A stretch of 64,000 bases of DNA, from the NCBI GenBank assembly GCA_965205025.1, contig CBDBFU010000011.1:64001-128000 (forward strand), in the 5' to 3' direction. Shown here in pieces: positions 39,534 through 49,784 of this stretch (the first letter of the stretch is position 1; each line of letters starts with the position of its first letter). The position numbers and the translations under genes were made by a program. Source of the DNA: Candidatus Poribacteria bacterium. Its GTDB lineage: Bacteria; Poribacteria; WGA-4E; WGA-3G. Under the pieces are notes generated by a model. That model was given only the letters and a program-made list of their open reading frames with translations. It was not told the origin of the DNA and did no database searches.

Positions 39534-42323
39534 ATGCTGATTTCAGGGAATTATAGGTATTTTAGTCTTGTGATGCTTATTTTGGTATTATTTGTAATAT
39601 TACCTATAACAGCAAATGCAGAGACACTAAAAGTAATCATAAAAGATCAAGATGGGAGTGCAATCTCATCTGCTAAGGTTATGATCGGTGGAGAAGAGAA
39701 AACAACGGATAACGAGGGTACAGTAGAGTTTACTGATGTGTCAGGAGCTGATTCAGTTCAGATTACTGCAATCGGTTATGCTGGTAGACGAGTGAATATC
39801 ACATCTGGACAAACAGAACTTATGGTTGCTCTTGCACCAATACAGACAATCGAATCTATTGTTGTTGTCGGTACAAGAAGTATTGGGAGACGAGCATTAC
39901 AAGCACCTGTCCCAATTGAAGTGGTAGAAAGAGAACAACTAAGTTTGACTGGACAATCTGAAACTGGAAGAATTCTACAAATGTTAGTTCCATCATTCAA
40001 CTTTTCCAGTTCATCTATTAGTGATGGAACAGATGCATTACGGCCTGCAACCCTTCGGGGTTTAGGTCCAGACCAAACATTAGTTCTTATTAATGGAAAA
40101 CGACGCCACAAAAGTGCCTTACTACACATCAATACTTCTGTCGGACGCGGAACATCTGGAACGGATTTTAATGCCATACCATCATCAGCAATCAAGAGAA
40201 TCGAAGTCCTACGGGATGGGGCTGCTGCACAATATGGCTCAGATGCTATTGCTGGCGTCATAAATATTGTATTGAAAGATGATGTTGATACTGGGGATGC
40301 AAACCTATATTGGGGACAAACCTACGAAGGTGATGGAGATACATGGATTGGGAACGCAAATTACGGTATGAAGGTTGGCGAATCGGGTTATATTAACCTT
40401 ACCGCAGAATGGCGGGATAGATACCGAACAAACCGTGCTGGACTTTCAGGTACACGACAATATGATTGGTTAGAAGAAAATCCTGGTCGACCAGCAGACA
40501 GCATACTTGAAATAGAAAATGATGATGGCACGGTTACAGAAAAACCTGTCTGGTATGATTCAAGAGAATATACTTTTGATAGACAGAACTTCCGCATCGG
40601 TGATGCTGATTCATCACAAAAGGTCGGTTTTTACAACTTTGGCTTACCACTCGCAGCAGGTATAGAACTCTATTCATTTGGCGGTTATTCAACACGCCAG
40701 AATAATAGTGCCGGGTTTTATCGGAGAGCCAACCAAGCTGAAAGAACTATCACAGAGATATACCCAGATGGATTCTTACCTGAAATCAATACTGGGATTG
40801 AAGATGTTTCATTAGCATTAGGTATGGACTGGACACATGAATCTACAGATTTGAATGTTGATGTCAGTGTGAATCACGGACAAAATATATTCGACTTTTT
40901 CATTTCTAACTCACTTAATGCATCATACGGTGTCGGAAGTCCCACTTCAGCAGATGCCGGTGGTTTTGAACTCTCACAAACAGCATTTAATTTAGATGTC
41001 TCATATCCGTTGGAATATCAGTCATCCTTAATTAATTTGGCTGGTGGTTTGGAGTTCCGTCGTGAAGGTTATGGTATCAATGCTGGTGAACCAGCATCGT
41101 GGATAAATGCAGGTCTCGGCCCGGATGGAGCTGCCTCTGGTATACAAGTCTTTCCTGGATTCAGACCAAACCAAGAAACTGATGAAAATCGAACTAATAT
41201 CGCGGGATATGCTGATTTTGAATCATACCTGAGTGGGCAACCTGGTAGTGGACTACTCGTCGGTGCAGCTGTTCGAGGTGAACAGTATAGTGATTTCGGT
41301 TCCACTATTACAGGAAAAGCTACTACACGATATGACTTGAGTAAACAAATCGCTATACGCGCAGCAGGAAGTACTGGTTTCCGAGCGCCTTCTCTACAAC
41401 AACTCTATTTCAACAACATCAGTACACAGTTTAAGATCGATACAGATGATATCAATGGTAATGGTGACACTACGGAATTGATACCACTTGAGGTGGGTAC
41501 ATTCAGAAATGATAGTGATGCTGCCCGCGCATTAGGTATTCCTGAATTGAAAGAGGAAACAGCATTTAACGTCTCTGGTGGGGTTGTATTGAAACCTATA
41601 GATAAACTGTGGTTGACAGTTGACGGATTCCTTATTCAAATTGATGACCGAATTGTATTGAGTGGAAGTTTCAGTGCTGATAAGGTTCCAGGTTTAGCAG
41701 AAGCCGGTGCCAATAGTGCACAGGTCTTCACGAATGTAGCACAAACTCGTACACAAGGGGTAGATGTAGCTGCAGGTTATCTCTACGCATTTGAAAATGA
41801 GTCACTTCTAAACCTGAAAGTTGCCCTGACACTTGCTGATACTACCGTAATAGGTGATGTAGATGCCCCTGAAATCCTTGTTGGTTTAGAGGACACACTC
41901 TTCCCTTCACAGGAACGATCTATGATAGAAGAATGGCAACCAAATACTCGTATCAATATCAATGCTGACTATTTAGTTGGTGATATCACGCTTGGTGGAG
42001 CATTACGCTACTTCGGTGAATATACTGTACAGGAAGGTAGTGGTGATGATCCCGCACGCCAAACTTATGGCGGGAAATGGCTAACAGACATCCAAGGTAA
42101 TTACCGTCTGAATGAAGGTCTCTCCCTCACCATTGGTGCGAATAACTTGTTAGATCAAGTGCCTGATGAAAACCAAATTGGACAATCTCGTGGCGGAACC
42201 CTTGTAGATGGTAATGACGAAGTCATTGTAGATTCCCCAGGAGTCTTCACATATTCAAGAAGGGCTGCTCCATTCGGTTTCAACGGTGGACTCTACTACG
42301 CGAAACTATCCTATAGTTTCTAA
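39534..42323 (+). CDS. TonB-dependent receptor
   Basis: Signal peptide, N-terminal carboxypeptidase-regulatory-like domain, IVVVGTR, LRGLGPDQTLVLINGKR, IEVLRDGAAAQYGSDAIAGVINI plug, terminal YSF. Confidence 0.95.
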   Translation: MLISGNYRYFSLVMLILVLFVILPITANAETLKVIIKDQDGSAISSAKVMIGGEEKTTDNEGTVEFTDVSGADSVQITAIGYAGRRVNITSGQTELMVALAPIQTIESIVVVGTRSIGRRALQAPVPIEVVEREQLSLTGQSETGRILQMLVPSFNFSSSSISDGTDALRPATLRGLGPDQTLVLINGKRRHKSALLHINTSVGRGTSGTDFNAIPSSAIKRIEVLRDGAAAQYGSDAIAGVINIVLKDDVDTGDANLYWGQTYEGDGDTWIGNANYGMKVGESGYINLTAEWRDRYRTNRAGLSGTRQYDWLEENPGRPADSILEIENDDGTVTEKPVWYDSREYTFDRQNFRIGDADSSQKVGFYNFGLPLAAGIELYSFGGYSTRQNNSAGFYRRANQAERTITEIYPDGFLPEINTGIEDVSLALGMDWTHESTDLNVDVSVNHGQNIFDFFISNSLNASYGVGSPTSADAGGFELSQTAFNLDVSYPLEYQSSLINLAGGLEFRREGYGINAGEPASWINAGLGPDGAASGIQVFPGFRPNQETDENRTNIAGYADFESYLSGQPGSGLLVGAAVRGEQYSDFGSTITGKATTRYDLSKQIAIRAAGSTGFRAPSLQQLYFNNISTQFKIDTDDINGNGDTTELIPLEVGTFRNDSDAARALGIPELKEETAFNVSGGVVLKPIDKLWLTVDGFLIQIDDRIVLSGSFSADKVPGLAEAGANSAQVFTNVAQTRTQGVDVAAGYLYAFENESLLNLKVALTLADTTVIGDVDAPEILVGLEDTLFPSQERSMIEEWQPNTRININADYLVGDITLGGALRYFGEYTVQEGSGDDPARQTYGGKWLTDIQGNYRLNEGLSLTIGANNLLDQVPDENQIGQSRGGTLVDGNDEVIVDSPGVFTYSRRAAPFGFNGGLYYAKLSYSF

Positions 42324-42341
42324 TAAGAATAGCAAAAAGAA

Positions 42342-42387
42342 AAAGCGTTATACTGGTAACTGTTTGTACCTGTATAACGCTTTCTTT
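42342..42387. terminator. intrinsic, probably bidirectional terminator
   Basis: AAAGCGTTATAC...GTATAACGCTTT flanked by A-rich and T-rich runs between convergent genes. Confidence 0.7.
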
Positions 42388-42464
42388 ATGTTAACTATCC
42401 TAACCCAAGTGGGCTACTAACGGATGTGAAATTCTCTGTTCTATTGAAATAGGTGTAATAATGG

Positions 42465-44084
42465 TTATTCTTCGAGTGTATCCGTTTCAGATGTAAGATA
42501 ATAATACCCAACGATAATACACATTTCGTCTTCAGAGGTAAATCCAAACTCAAGCGGTACATCTCGATCATAGTTGCTATAGGTACACTGAAAACTAAGT
42601 CCATCCGTAGCATCAAGCATCAGCGGAGGATTATAGAACGTTATAGGGGCATCATCATAAGCAATGCTCCTATGTAGCAACTCATTTGTTGACATCTGAG
42701 TAATTTCAAACAATTCACCATGTCGATGCATGTGAGAGGTCAGCATCATTATATTCACGACTGCATCCGGGGCTATACCTCGGAGGTCAAGTTCATCTTC
42801 AATGTACCAGTCCATTTTAGCAATACGGGTGAGTCCGGGAGGAACGTTAATAGTCGTGTTGGAGATAAAAATTTCAACCGCTTCATGTTTGACTTCTTCA
42901 GGTGGTAACGTATAGAGATTCATATATACCTCACCTATGAGTGTTTTAGTACCTAACAAATTAATGTAGTGAGAATTCAAATCGAATATAGTATCACCGG
43001 AGAGTCGAAGTGCAACACCTTCTGGAAATTTAAAAGAGAAGTCTTTGCTTTGTGTCCCGCCAACGAAATACCGGTGTGTACCAAGATTACCAAGTGCTTG
43101 CGCATCGTCTGGATTAAGTTCACGGAAAACATGATTCGGGTCAACTCCTATTCCCGGGGTGATACCAGTATGAATAATGTCTTCTTCTATACCCCTTTCA
43201 GTGATTCTATATAAAATAAAATGATGGCTTCCTGTTGGGTAAAAAATTTCGTATCCGTTGATGAATATATCACCTTCTATCAGATCCCCATTTTCATCAC
43301 GGATCTGTGTTGCGTAAAACACCTCACGTTCGGTACCCGGCTCGATTGTGTAAGGTGGTAAATGTAACTGATACCCTTGTCCAGGTAGCGGTGCTGGCGG
43401 TGGTACAAATGTTTCATCGGGATCTCGAAGCACACCAAGATCGCCAATTCCTTCTACTTTTCCTGTCTGTGGCGCACCGGCAGCAATCCATTTACGAATC
43501 GCATCTATTTTACCGTCGTGAAGCACACCACTACCAAGTGGCATTATTGACCCATACTCTTGTGATATGGGGGCAATCAACTTCGTCAATAAGAAACTAT
43601 TTTCAGGATTGCCCGGATCAACAAGTTTCATTCCAGATGCCAATGCCGCCGGGTTCTCTGGTGCTTGTCCTACTAACTCCTCATAGGAAGACGTATAGGT
43701 AAGGTTCAATCCAGCAATATTTGTCGGTGCCGCATGGCACGCACTATTCGCACAGCTCTTATCAAAAATATACTCTTGTATTGAGTGATAAGTTGAATGC
43801 TCATCCGGTACTGTTTCTCCAAAACGATTGCTGACGCGAACAAGATCAAGGATATTGATAACACCATCACGATTCACATCAGGGTCATGTAAAGCAGTGC
43901 GATCTCGCGACTGGCCAATAGCAGCAGCCACAAGCACTAAGTCTTGAATATTTACAACACCGTCTTTGTTCACATCCTCTAACAAACTCGGCGTATCACT
44001 GTGTCCAAACACAGTACAAGGCACAGTCACCATAAGCACAAAAAACACAAACAAATAAACTATCTTTTTTAAAATCATTAACAT
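42465..44084 (-). CDS. secreted dockerin-like + cytochrome c + copper type II (PHM/DBH-like) monooxygenase fusion
   Basis: DVNKDGVVNIQDL and DVNRDGVINILDL; CANSACH...IMP...WIAAGA; SHHFILY, SHY, SHMHRHG and DEMC copper ligands. Confidence 0.8.
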   Translation of the reverse strand: MLMILKKIVYLFVFFVLMVTVPCTVFGHSDTPSLLEDVNKDGVVNIQDLVLVAAAIGQSRDRTALHDPDVNRDGVINILDLVRVSNRFGETVPDEHSTYHSIQEYIFDKSCANSACHAAPTNIAGLNLTYTSSYEELVGQAPENPAALASGMKLVDPGNPENSFLLTKLIAPISQEYGSIMPLGSGVLHDGKIDAIRKWIAAGAPQTGKVEGIGDLGVLRDPDETFVPPPAPLPGQGYQLHLPPYTIEPGTEREVFYATQIRDENGDLIEGDIFINGYEIFYPTGSHHFILYRITERGIEEDIIHTGITPGIGVDPNHVFRELNPDDAQALGNLGTHRYFVGGTQSKDFSFKFPEGVALRLSGDTIFDLNSHYINLLGTKTLIGEVYMNLYTLPPEEVKHEAVEIFISNTTINVPPGLTRIAKMDWYIEDELDLRGIAPDAVVNIMMLTSHMHRHGELFEITQMSTNELLHRSIAYDDAPITFYNPPLMLDATDGLSFQCTYSNYDRDVPLEFGFTSEDEMCIIVGYYYLTSETDTLEE

Positions 44085-44317
44085 CCTAACTTTCTATAGT
44101 TGTGTCAATTATTGCAACTAATATATATAAACTAACCTGAGTTGATATAAACAAAAACTCTGATAAATAGAGAACTCCTAAGGTATAAAGAAATTATACA
44201 TAAATCACTATCATAAGAAGTTCTGTATGTCTATTATACAATTTTTTTGGGATATTATCGACTCATAATTGACTTTGAAACAAAACCCCGATCCTTCAAG
44301 ATCCTTTTACCACCCTT

Positions 44318-44628
44318 GGTAGGCTTGGTTTACGGGGAATGTCTTATGAAGATTAATTTTTAAATTCGGTAATTCTAATTCCCCAAGACCCAGTAGGCGG
44401 GAATGCTAAATAGCATTCATACCGTTGATTCCTTGATTCCTTGATTCCTTGATTCGCGGGTGAATCTTTGTAGAAAACGCTGAAACCCACTAAATAAGCC
44501 CCAGCGGGGCGAAAGGTGTGTAGAAAACGTCATAACCCTAAACAACAAGCCCCAGCGGGGCGAAAGGTGTGTAGAAAACGTGTTTATCCACTATCTTGAG
44601 TTCCATAGAGACGGAATATCTATAAAAT
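44318..44628. repeat. cluster of REP/MITE-like elements and a short tandem repeat
   Basis: GAATGCTA-AA-TAGCATTC hairpin shared with ~39354-39371; TTGATTCC repeated almost four times (44425-44455); two identical 34-bp units at 44496-44529 and 44547-44580. Confidence 0.8.
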
Positions 44629-44878
44629 ACCTATTGAAGTAAATTGACTTTTTCGAATGCTAATAATGTAAACTAATCAATAGAATTAGTATAATCTATC
44701 TGATAATTATCCAAACTATAGTCATTTAGTAATGAGTAATCATCATATTAAATGGTATAATGTATAATCAATATATGAGATGAGTATAACTCCTTGAAGT
44801 CGTGTTGTAGAAGATGAATCTTGGAATAGTTATTGAGATTCAAACACAAAAAGCCTGAATTCATGCTAAAAACTTTAA

Positions 44879-45008
44879 ATACCCAATTTCAGCAAATCCA
44901 TTGCATGCATTTATCATGTTTGTTAAAATAAACCAATATGCTATTGCTGTATCGTCCGAATTTGTAATAATTCCATTTAGGATGTTTAATAATATTCTAT
45001 GATGATAC
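44879..45008 (+). promoter_or_regulatory. promoter/leader, copy 1 (homologous to 50649-50783)
   Basis: TTGCAT-17 bp-TAAAAT with extended TG, followed by a short hairpin; collinear with copy 2. Confidence 0.7.
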
Positions 45009-45099
45009 CGATATAATATGATATGATTTAGATTTCATCCAACGGAACTCTCGCAAACACTATATTAGTCCCAAAACATTGGGATAGGTAGTTTATGAC

Positions 45100-45381
45100 A
45101 CATGACATCATTTGCTGGTGCCTGCAAGCAACGAAATTTCAGTATATTGCATACTTGGTTATCAAGTGAAAATGGTCCTATATTAATTTACAGATTTGCA
45201 TATGGACTTTGGTGAAATAATTAGAGGAAGACATATTTCACAAGTCAGTGTTCCACTATTGAGTGATGAAAATACCCAGCGGGAAATAAACAATACAGTT
45301 TTGGAAGCGATTCAGAATCGAACCGAAGTCTATAACTTGGAACAGAAGGCGTTGAGGATCCATGATGAAAAGGTTATCTAA
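45100..45381 (+). pseudogene. 3' remnant of a restriction-modification specificity (HsdS-like) subunit
   Basis: Frameshifted fragments 'HTWLSSENGPILIYRFAYG' and 'RHISQVSVPLLSDENTQREINNTV' resemble a TRD end plus the conserved helix; recognised by eye only. Confidence 0.55.
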
Positions 45382-45421
45382 GCACATTTAACTTCCGTTG
45401 AGGTAATTACACTACTGCCAA

Positions 45422-46759
45422 GTGTCGTGGGTAGTTAATGAAAGGGAACTAATGGATAAGGAAAAGAAAAATCTAGAAAATAGAAAGGAAGATTGGATAG
45501 CGAGTGTTTTAAAAGCAACCCTTGCTCCTTTTCCTATTGTAGGTCCTTCACTCTCAGAATTAGCGAGTAAATTAATTCCGAATCAGAGAATTGACAGAAT
45601 TGCCTCTGAACTCAAAAGTTTAGAATCAAAGATAAAAGACATTGGTGAGACCGTTGATCTGTTGAAACCGGAATTCGCTGAAGTTTATTATATTCGAGGA
45701 GCTAAGGAAGTTCATCAAGGGAAATATGAGAGTGCTATTGACAACTATAATAATGCGATTCGACTCAATTCTGAATTTGCTGAAGCCTACAACGATCTGG
45801 GTGTTGCGCAAACCATGCTTTCTCGTCATAATGAAGCTGTCCTAAATTTTGACAAAGCGATTGAACTCAGATCGGATTTTGCCATAGCATACTACAATCG
45901 AGGCCACTCAAAATTCTATCTTGATCAATATAGTTCAGGTATCTCTGACTATGATGAGGCGATTCGTCTGAAACCAGGTTTGTTTGGTGCCTATATCAAT
46001 AGAGGCAATGTAAGGTTCTTATTTGGACAGTACGCTGACGCCATTTCTGACTATAATGAGGCAATTCATCTGAAACCAGATTCAGTTGAAGCGTATACTA
46101 ATAGAGGCAATGTAAAAAGCAAACTTGGGCAGTATAGCAATGCTATTTCCGATTATAATAAGGCGATTCGTTTGGAACCAGATTTTGCTGATGCTTATAT
46201 CGGTCGCGGTATTACGTATTCTAATTTTGAAAAATACAAAGAAGCCCTTGCTGATTTTAACAAAGCGATCCATCTAGACCTGAATTCCGCTTATGCCTAT
46301 ATGAATCGTGGTATCACGTATGCTAAACTTAAAAAATACAGAGAGGCTATTTCGGACTTTGATGAGGCGATAAGACTGGATCCTGCTTCCACTAACGCCT
46401 ATAGAAGTCGTGGTAATGTGAAGAGTTTTCTTTGTAAATACGACGATGCAATTTTGGACTATAACGAGGCGATTCGTTTGGATCCTGCTTCCGCCAATGC
46501 CTATTTTAATCGTGGTGTCACGTTTGCTCAACTCAAAAAATACAAAGAGACTATTTCGGACTATGATGAGGCGATTCGTCTGAACCCGGATTTCGCTGAA
46601 GCATACATCAATAGAGGGGCTACAAAGCAAAGTCTTAGTAAATATGAGGAGGCAATGGTGGATTTCCAGACAGCTTTAAAAATCGCTGAAGAACAAGGGA
46701 AAGCACACCTCAAAACTCATATTGAGCAAGCGATTCAAGAACTCAAAGACAAAGAGTAG
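45422..46759 (+). CDS. tetratricopeptide repeat protein
   Basis: About ten 34-aa AY.NRG...AI.DY..AIRL.P repeats. ATG start likely at 45452. Confidence 0.92.
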   Translation: MSWVVNERELMDKEKKNLENRKEDWIASVLKATLAPFPIVGPSLSELASKLIPNQRIDRIASELKSLESKIKDIGETVDLLKPEFAEVYYIRGAKEVHQGKYESAIDNYNNAIRLNSEFAEAYNDLGVAQTMLSRHNEAVLNFDKAIELRSDFAIAYYNRGHSKFYLDQYSSGISDYDEAIRLKPGLFGAYINRGNVRFLFGQYADAISDYNEAIHLKPDSVEAYTNRGNVKSKLGQYSNAISDYNKAIRLEPDFADAYIGRGITYSNFEKYKEALADFNKAIHLDLNSAYAYMNRGITYAKLKKYREAISDFDEAIRLDPASTNAYRSRGNVKSFLCKYDDAILDYNEAIRLDPASANAYFNRGVTFAQLKKYKETISDYDEAIRLNPDFAEAYINRGATKQSLSKYEEAMVDFQTALKIAEEQGKAHLKTHIEQAIQELKDKE

Positions 46760-46815
46760 TATTTTACTCAAGCGGAGCTAAAGAAGGGAAAACCAAGACC
46801 CGTGTTCTTCCAGAA

Positions 46816-47574
46816 TTAAACTTTCACGGCATTCCCACTCAAAACGGCACCCCAAACACAAAACACCCCATCATAATCCATAATTTCAAAACAGCGATAC
46901 CCCATCATCGGTGTCTGCAAACGGTTCGTGAAATCCCAACCCACGAGACTAAAACCCGGAAAACAACCCATCAGGATCGGAAGCAGAATGAAATTACTAT
47001 AGTTTGGACAGTTTGAGCGGTACATATTTCGCCCCTCTGGGGCTTAGACCTTGGTAAGGTATGGCGTTTCTACAAACATTTCACCCCTCTGGGGCTACAC
47101 TTTGGTCCATCCGAGTCTATTTTCAAGAGTTGGATTGGTGTGAGAAACGTGGAGAAAAACCACAAACACTTTCAAGATAGGTGAAGCATCTCTCACAAAT
47201 TGTCCATAATATAGTATACGGTATTAACTTGTAGAAAATCTATCATATATAAATAAGAACAGCCCCAGCGGGGCGGAAGGTGTATCCATAGGATAACATT
47301 GATATGACTAGTTCTGCTAATCAAGACCAATCTAAGAACTTTAAACTGTCCAAACTATTGTGAAATTATCCAATCTTTCCCACTCATGCCGTGTATGGTT
47401 CGGTACTGGTAAATATCTTCATTGATGTCTCAGAAGAATCCGCACGTTATCACGAGACACGATCCAAAAAACGATCTTCCTTGCGAACAAGAAGTCTGTC
47501 TTGAAACCGAGTTCTTGATTGTAGAAGTCTATTGACTCCGTCAAATTTTTGACATTAAGACTGGGTAGATTCAT
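46816..47574 (-). pseudogene. VOC/glyoxalase (bleomycin-resistance-like) gene interrupted by a MITE and decayed
   Basis: 5' part reads VKNLTESIDFYNQELGF...VSRDNVRILL...PNHTRHEW; 3' part beyond the insert reads SDPDGLF..F*SRGLGFHEPFADTDDG / RCFEIMDYDG. Confidence 0.75.
46997..47360. mobile_element. 364-bp MITE with 18-bp TIRs and 8-bp TSD
   Basis: Ends CTATAGTTTGGACAGTTT and AAACTGTCCAAACTATTG (17/18 match); TGAAATTA on both flanks (46989-46996 and 47361-47368). Confidence 0.88.
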
Positions 47575-47820
47575 TCAAGTGTCGTATTAAACATTATAAT
47601 GAATTAGTTTTAAATTTTGTTAACCTCTGTTATACTGACTTATTATCTTTCGAACAAATATTTTCTGGGGTTTTTATTTTGCGAGGGTTACCAGGCAACT
47701 TTTTTATCTGCGTTGGACATTTTTTGAGTTGCAAGTCTACAATTGAAAAGAAGACGGGCGGAGGTGAGTCGTAAAAGCATGCATTTATGTGTGTTGCGGA
47801 GGTATATAAGGAGAATTGAT

Positions 47821-48360
47821 ATGCCAGAGAAAACGGCACCTAATCTTGGTGTTGAAGACATAGATCATATAATAAGAAAAATTGTTGATAATCCTACTTT
47901 TTCTAAGGAGAAGATAAACGAACTAGCGGGTATTGGTTCTCGGCAAAGTAGAGAGAATCTATTATTAACCCCTTGGATATTGGATAATACGCGTCTTGTC
48001 TTGGGTGAGGATATTGATTTGCGGCAAAATGAAGAACTTCGCAGTCTGCGGGATGATAAAATATATCCTGATTTGGTAGGTAAAGACCTCCGAGGGTATC
48101 CTATTATTGTTGAAGTGAAATTTAAGTTCGATTATCCAGAAGATAAAAAACAGAATCGCACAGATCCTGAATACATGGCTATTGGTCAGATTCTTCAATA
48201 TTCTCGTGCGTATAGGAGAGAATATCCATCAACTGAAGACCTGCGTTTGTTAATTGTTAGTATAGATTATTCGCCAGATGTGGAGGATGTTTGTAAATTC
48301 TTACGATCAAAAAGCATTGACATTCGCTATATTTCTATCAAGAAGATATTATGCAAGTGA
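47821..48360 (+). CDS. PD-(D/E)xK nuclease (NucS/EndoMS C-terminal-like)
   Basis: YPDLVGKD...IIVEVK...AIGQILQY. ATG at 47821 with AGGAG upstream is preferred over the TTG at 47743. Confidence 0.75.
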   Translation: MPEKTAPNLGVEDIDHIIRKIVDNPTFSKEKINELAGIGSRQSRENLLLTPWILDNTRLVLGEDIDLRQNEELRSLRDDKIYPDLVGKDLRGYPIIVEVKFKFDYPEDKKQNRTDPEYMAIGQILQYSRAYRREYPSTEDLRLLIVSIDYSPDVEDVCKFLRSKSIDIRYISIKKILCK

Positions 48361-48405
48361 TTTGAGAGGAAGTACACCCAGCTAAGCCCGTGTCGTTACG
48401 GTGGA

Positions 48406-48924
48406 TTAGCGGAAAGGATTGCTTTTGTTGACTCTTTTTAGTTTGCCTAATGCTTGTTCCAGCGGAGATCGGAAAGGATTTTGTTGTTCAAGTCTGTTTC
48501 TTCCTGTGAATTTTAGAAGTTTCTGCAATGGTGTCTCTAAATCGGGGATGTTGACAAAGACAAGGTCAACGTTTACCGGTAAGCGTTCAGTTATTTTGGG
48601 TGGGTATATGATCCCTATGAACTTCTCAATACCCCTTAGTGTATCCGTGTATTCGTCCGTGGATACATTGAGCCAATATCCCCATGGTATAGTAGCCCAC
48701 GTCACATAGAGGCTATAACGTTTATACACTTGAATTTTCGGATCATTAATATGTTCCCTCAACCTATTTTTTATTTCCCCGCTTCCAACTTTTAGTATAG
48801 TTTGCGGATGAGTATCTGCCCAAATTATATAATTCCCCGTTACACTTAATCCCCAAGGGAATTCAAGTCGAGGATTATCTATTAGTGAATTATTGAAAAA
48901 GTCCGTCTGTCAATGTAGTTTCAT
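48406..48924 (-). pseudogene. GIY-YIG-like small nuclease with an in-frame TGA at codon 5
   Basis: The frame is open from the TGA at 48910-48912 to the stop: MKLH*QTDFF...TGNYIIWA...TILKVGSGEIKNRLREH...LYVTWA...GIEKF. Confidence 0.65.
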
Positions 48925-48993
48925 GTACATGATACAACCCTTCATAAAAGTTGTGGGTCGCCAGTTTGAACTGACGACCTCGTTGTGATGCTG

Positions 48994-49458
48994 TTATTCT
49001 TTTGAATTCTCCTGTGATTTTTCTTCTGGATGTATCGGCGGGGGTTCAGTGAACTCCTCGCCTCGATCCTCCGCCTCTTTCCGCCGACGTTCCCATTCTG
49101 CAAACTTTCGATAAGCTCTTGCTTCTCCTTCAGCGATTCCTTCTGCTTTGGCAGTTTCTATGGCAGCTGCTATCCGCTTCTCACGTCTTGCTTCAATAAA
49201 GTCTGATAGTAACATGATTAGGTCTATGCCTCCGATTATCATTGCAACGAGTGCCGCACCCACCGGGATAAATGCGGAAATGTCTTTTGTGACATTTTGA
49301 ACAGAAACGTGTTCCTTCCAGCCTTGTGTTATCTCATAATCCAGTGCGATATACCCGTATATGAGAGCGAAAAGAGAAATTAGGAATAAGGCAACGCCTG
49401 TTTTTCCTGTTCTCCAGAAGTCTCGGACGGCGTGCCAGAAGGTTCTAATCTGTTTCAA
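48994..49458 (-). CDS. small 2-helix membrane protein with charged C-terminal tail (paralogue of 9323-9772)
   Basis: Two hydrophobic segments, then GIDLIML...AEGIAEGEAR...WERRRKEAEDRGEEFTEPPPIHPEEKSQENSKE; GGAG RBS before the TTG. Confidence 0.85.
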   Translation of the reverse strand: MKQIRTFWHAVRDFWRTGKTGVALFLISLFALIYGYIALDYEITQGWKEHVSVQNVTKDISAFIPVGAALVAMIIGGIDLIMLLSDFIEARREKRIAAAIETAKAEGIAEGEARAYRKFAEWERRRKEAEDRGEEFTEPPPIHPEEKSQENSKE

Positions 49459-49482
49459 AATGTGCTCCGTTCTGTTGTATAC

Positions 49483-49511
49483 AATATAACATATTTCAGA
49501 TAAGTAATCAA
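49483..49511 (-). promoter_or_regulatory. sigma70-type promoter of the membrane-protein paralogue
   Basis: TTGATT-17 bp-TATATT with extended TG on the minus strand. Confidence 0.6.
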
Positions 49512-49755
49512 GGCAAATCTACCTAAAGGGTGTGTAAAGTTTTTGTCACATTACTAAGTACCAAAAAAACTCAATTCCATATACCTTCATTTAGAATTTC
49601 ACATTTACAGTTTATTCATCACTACACTAATGCCGATTAATATCCCTTTCTAATTTACCCCAAAATATATTTATTGAAAAATAAATTGAAGAAAACAAAA
49701 ATATCTAACAACTAATATACAGATATCACAATAACATAAAACAAATTAAAAATAT

Positions 49756-49784
49756 TTGTCAAAATGAAAATAAAATTGTATAAT
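49756..49784 (+). promoter_or_regulatory. near-consensus promoter firing into the conserved non-coding element
   Basis: TTGTCA-17 bp-TATAAT. Confidence 0.55.

Noticed and set aside
44470-44628. CRISPR-like array of 34-bp repeats (AAGCCCCAGCGGGGCGAAAGGTGTGTAGAAAACG)
   Set aside because: Only two full copies, spacers of ~17 bp, no cas genes, and the same unit is scattered elsewhere in both orientations (47022-47096, 47262-47291). It fits a REP-like family better.
44094-44721. Second large MITE bounded by CTATAGTT.../...CCAAACTATAG
   Set aside because: The left end matches poorly and no target-site duplication is visible.
45422-46759. TPR gene as a diversity-generating retroelement target or hypervariable locus
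   Set aside because: The internal DNA similarity is explained by tandem TPR units; there is no reverse transcriptase or adenine-specific template/variable repeat pair in the window.
46816-47025. 69-aa ORF as an independent gene
   Set aside because: It starts inside the MITE and runs through the frameshifted 3' half of the glyoxalase pseudogene.
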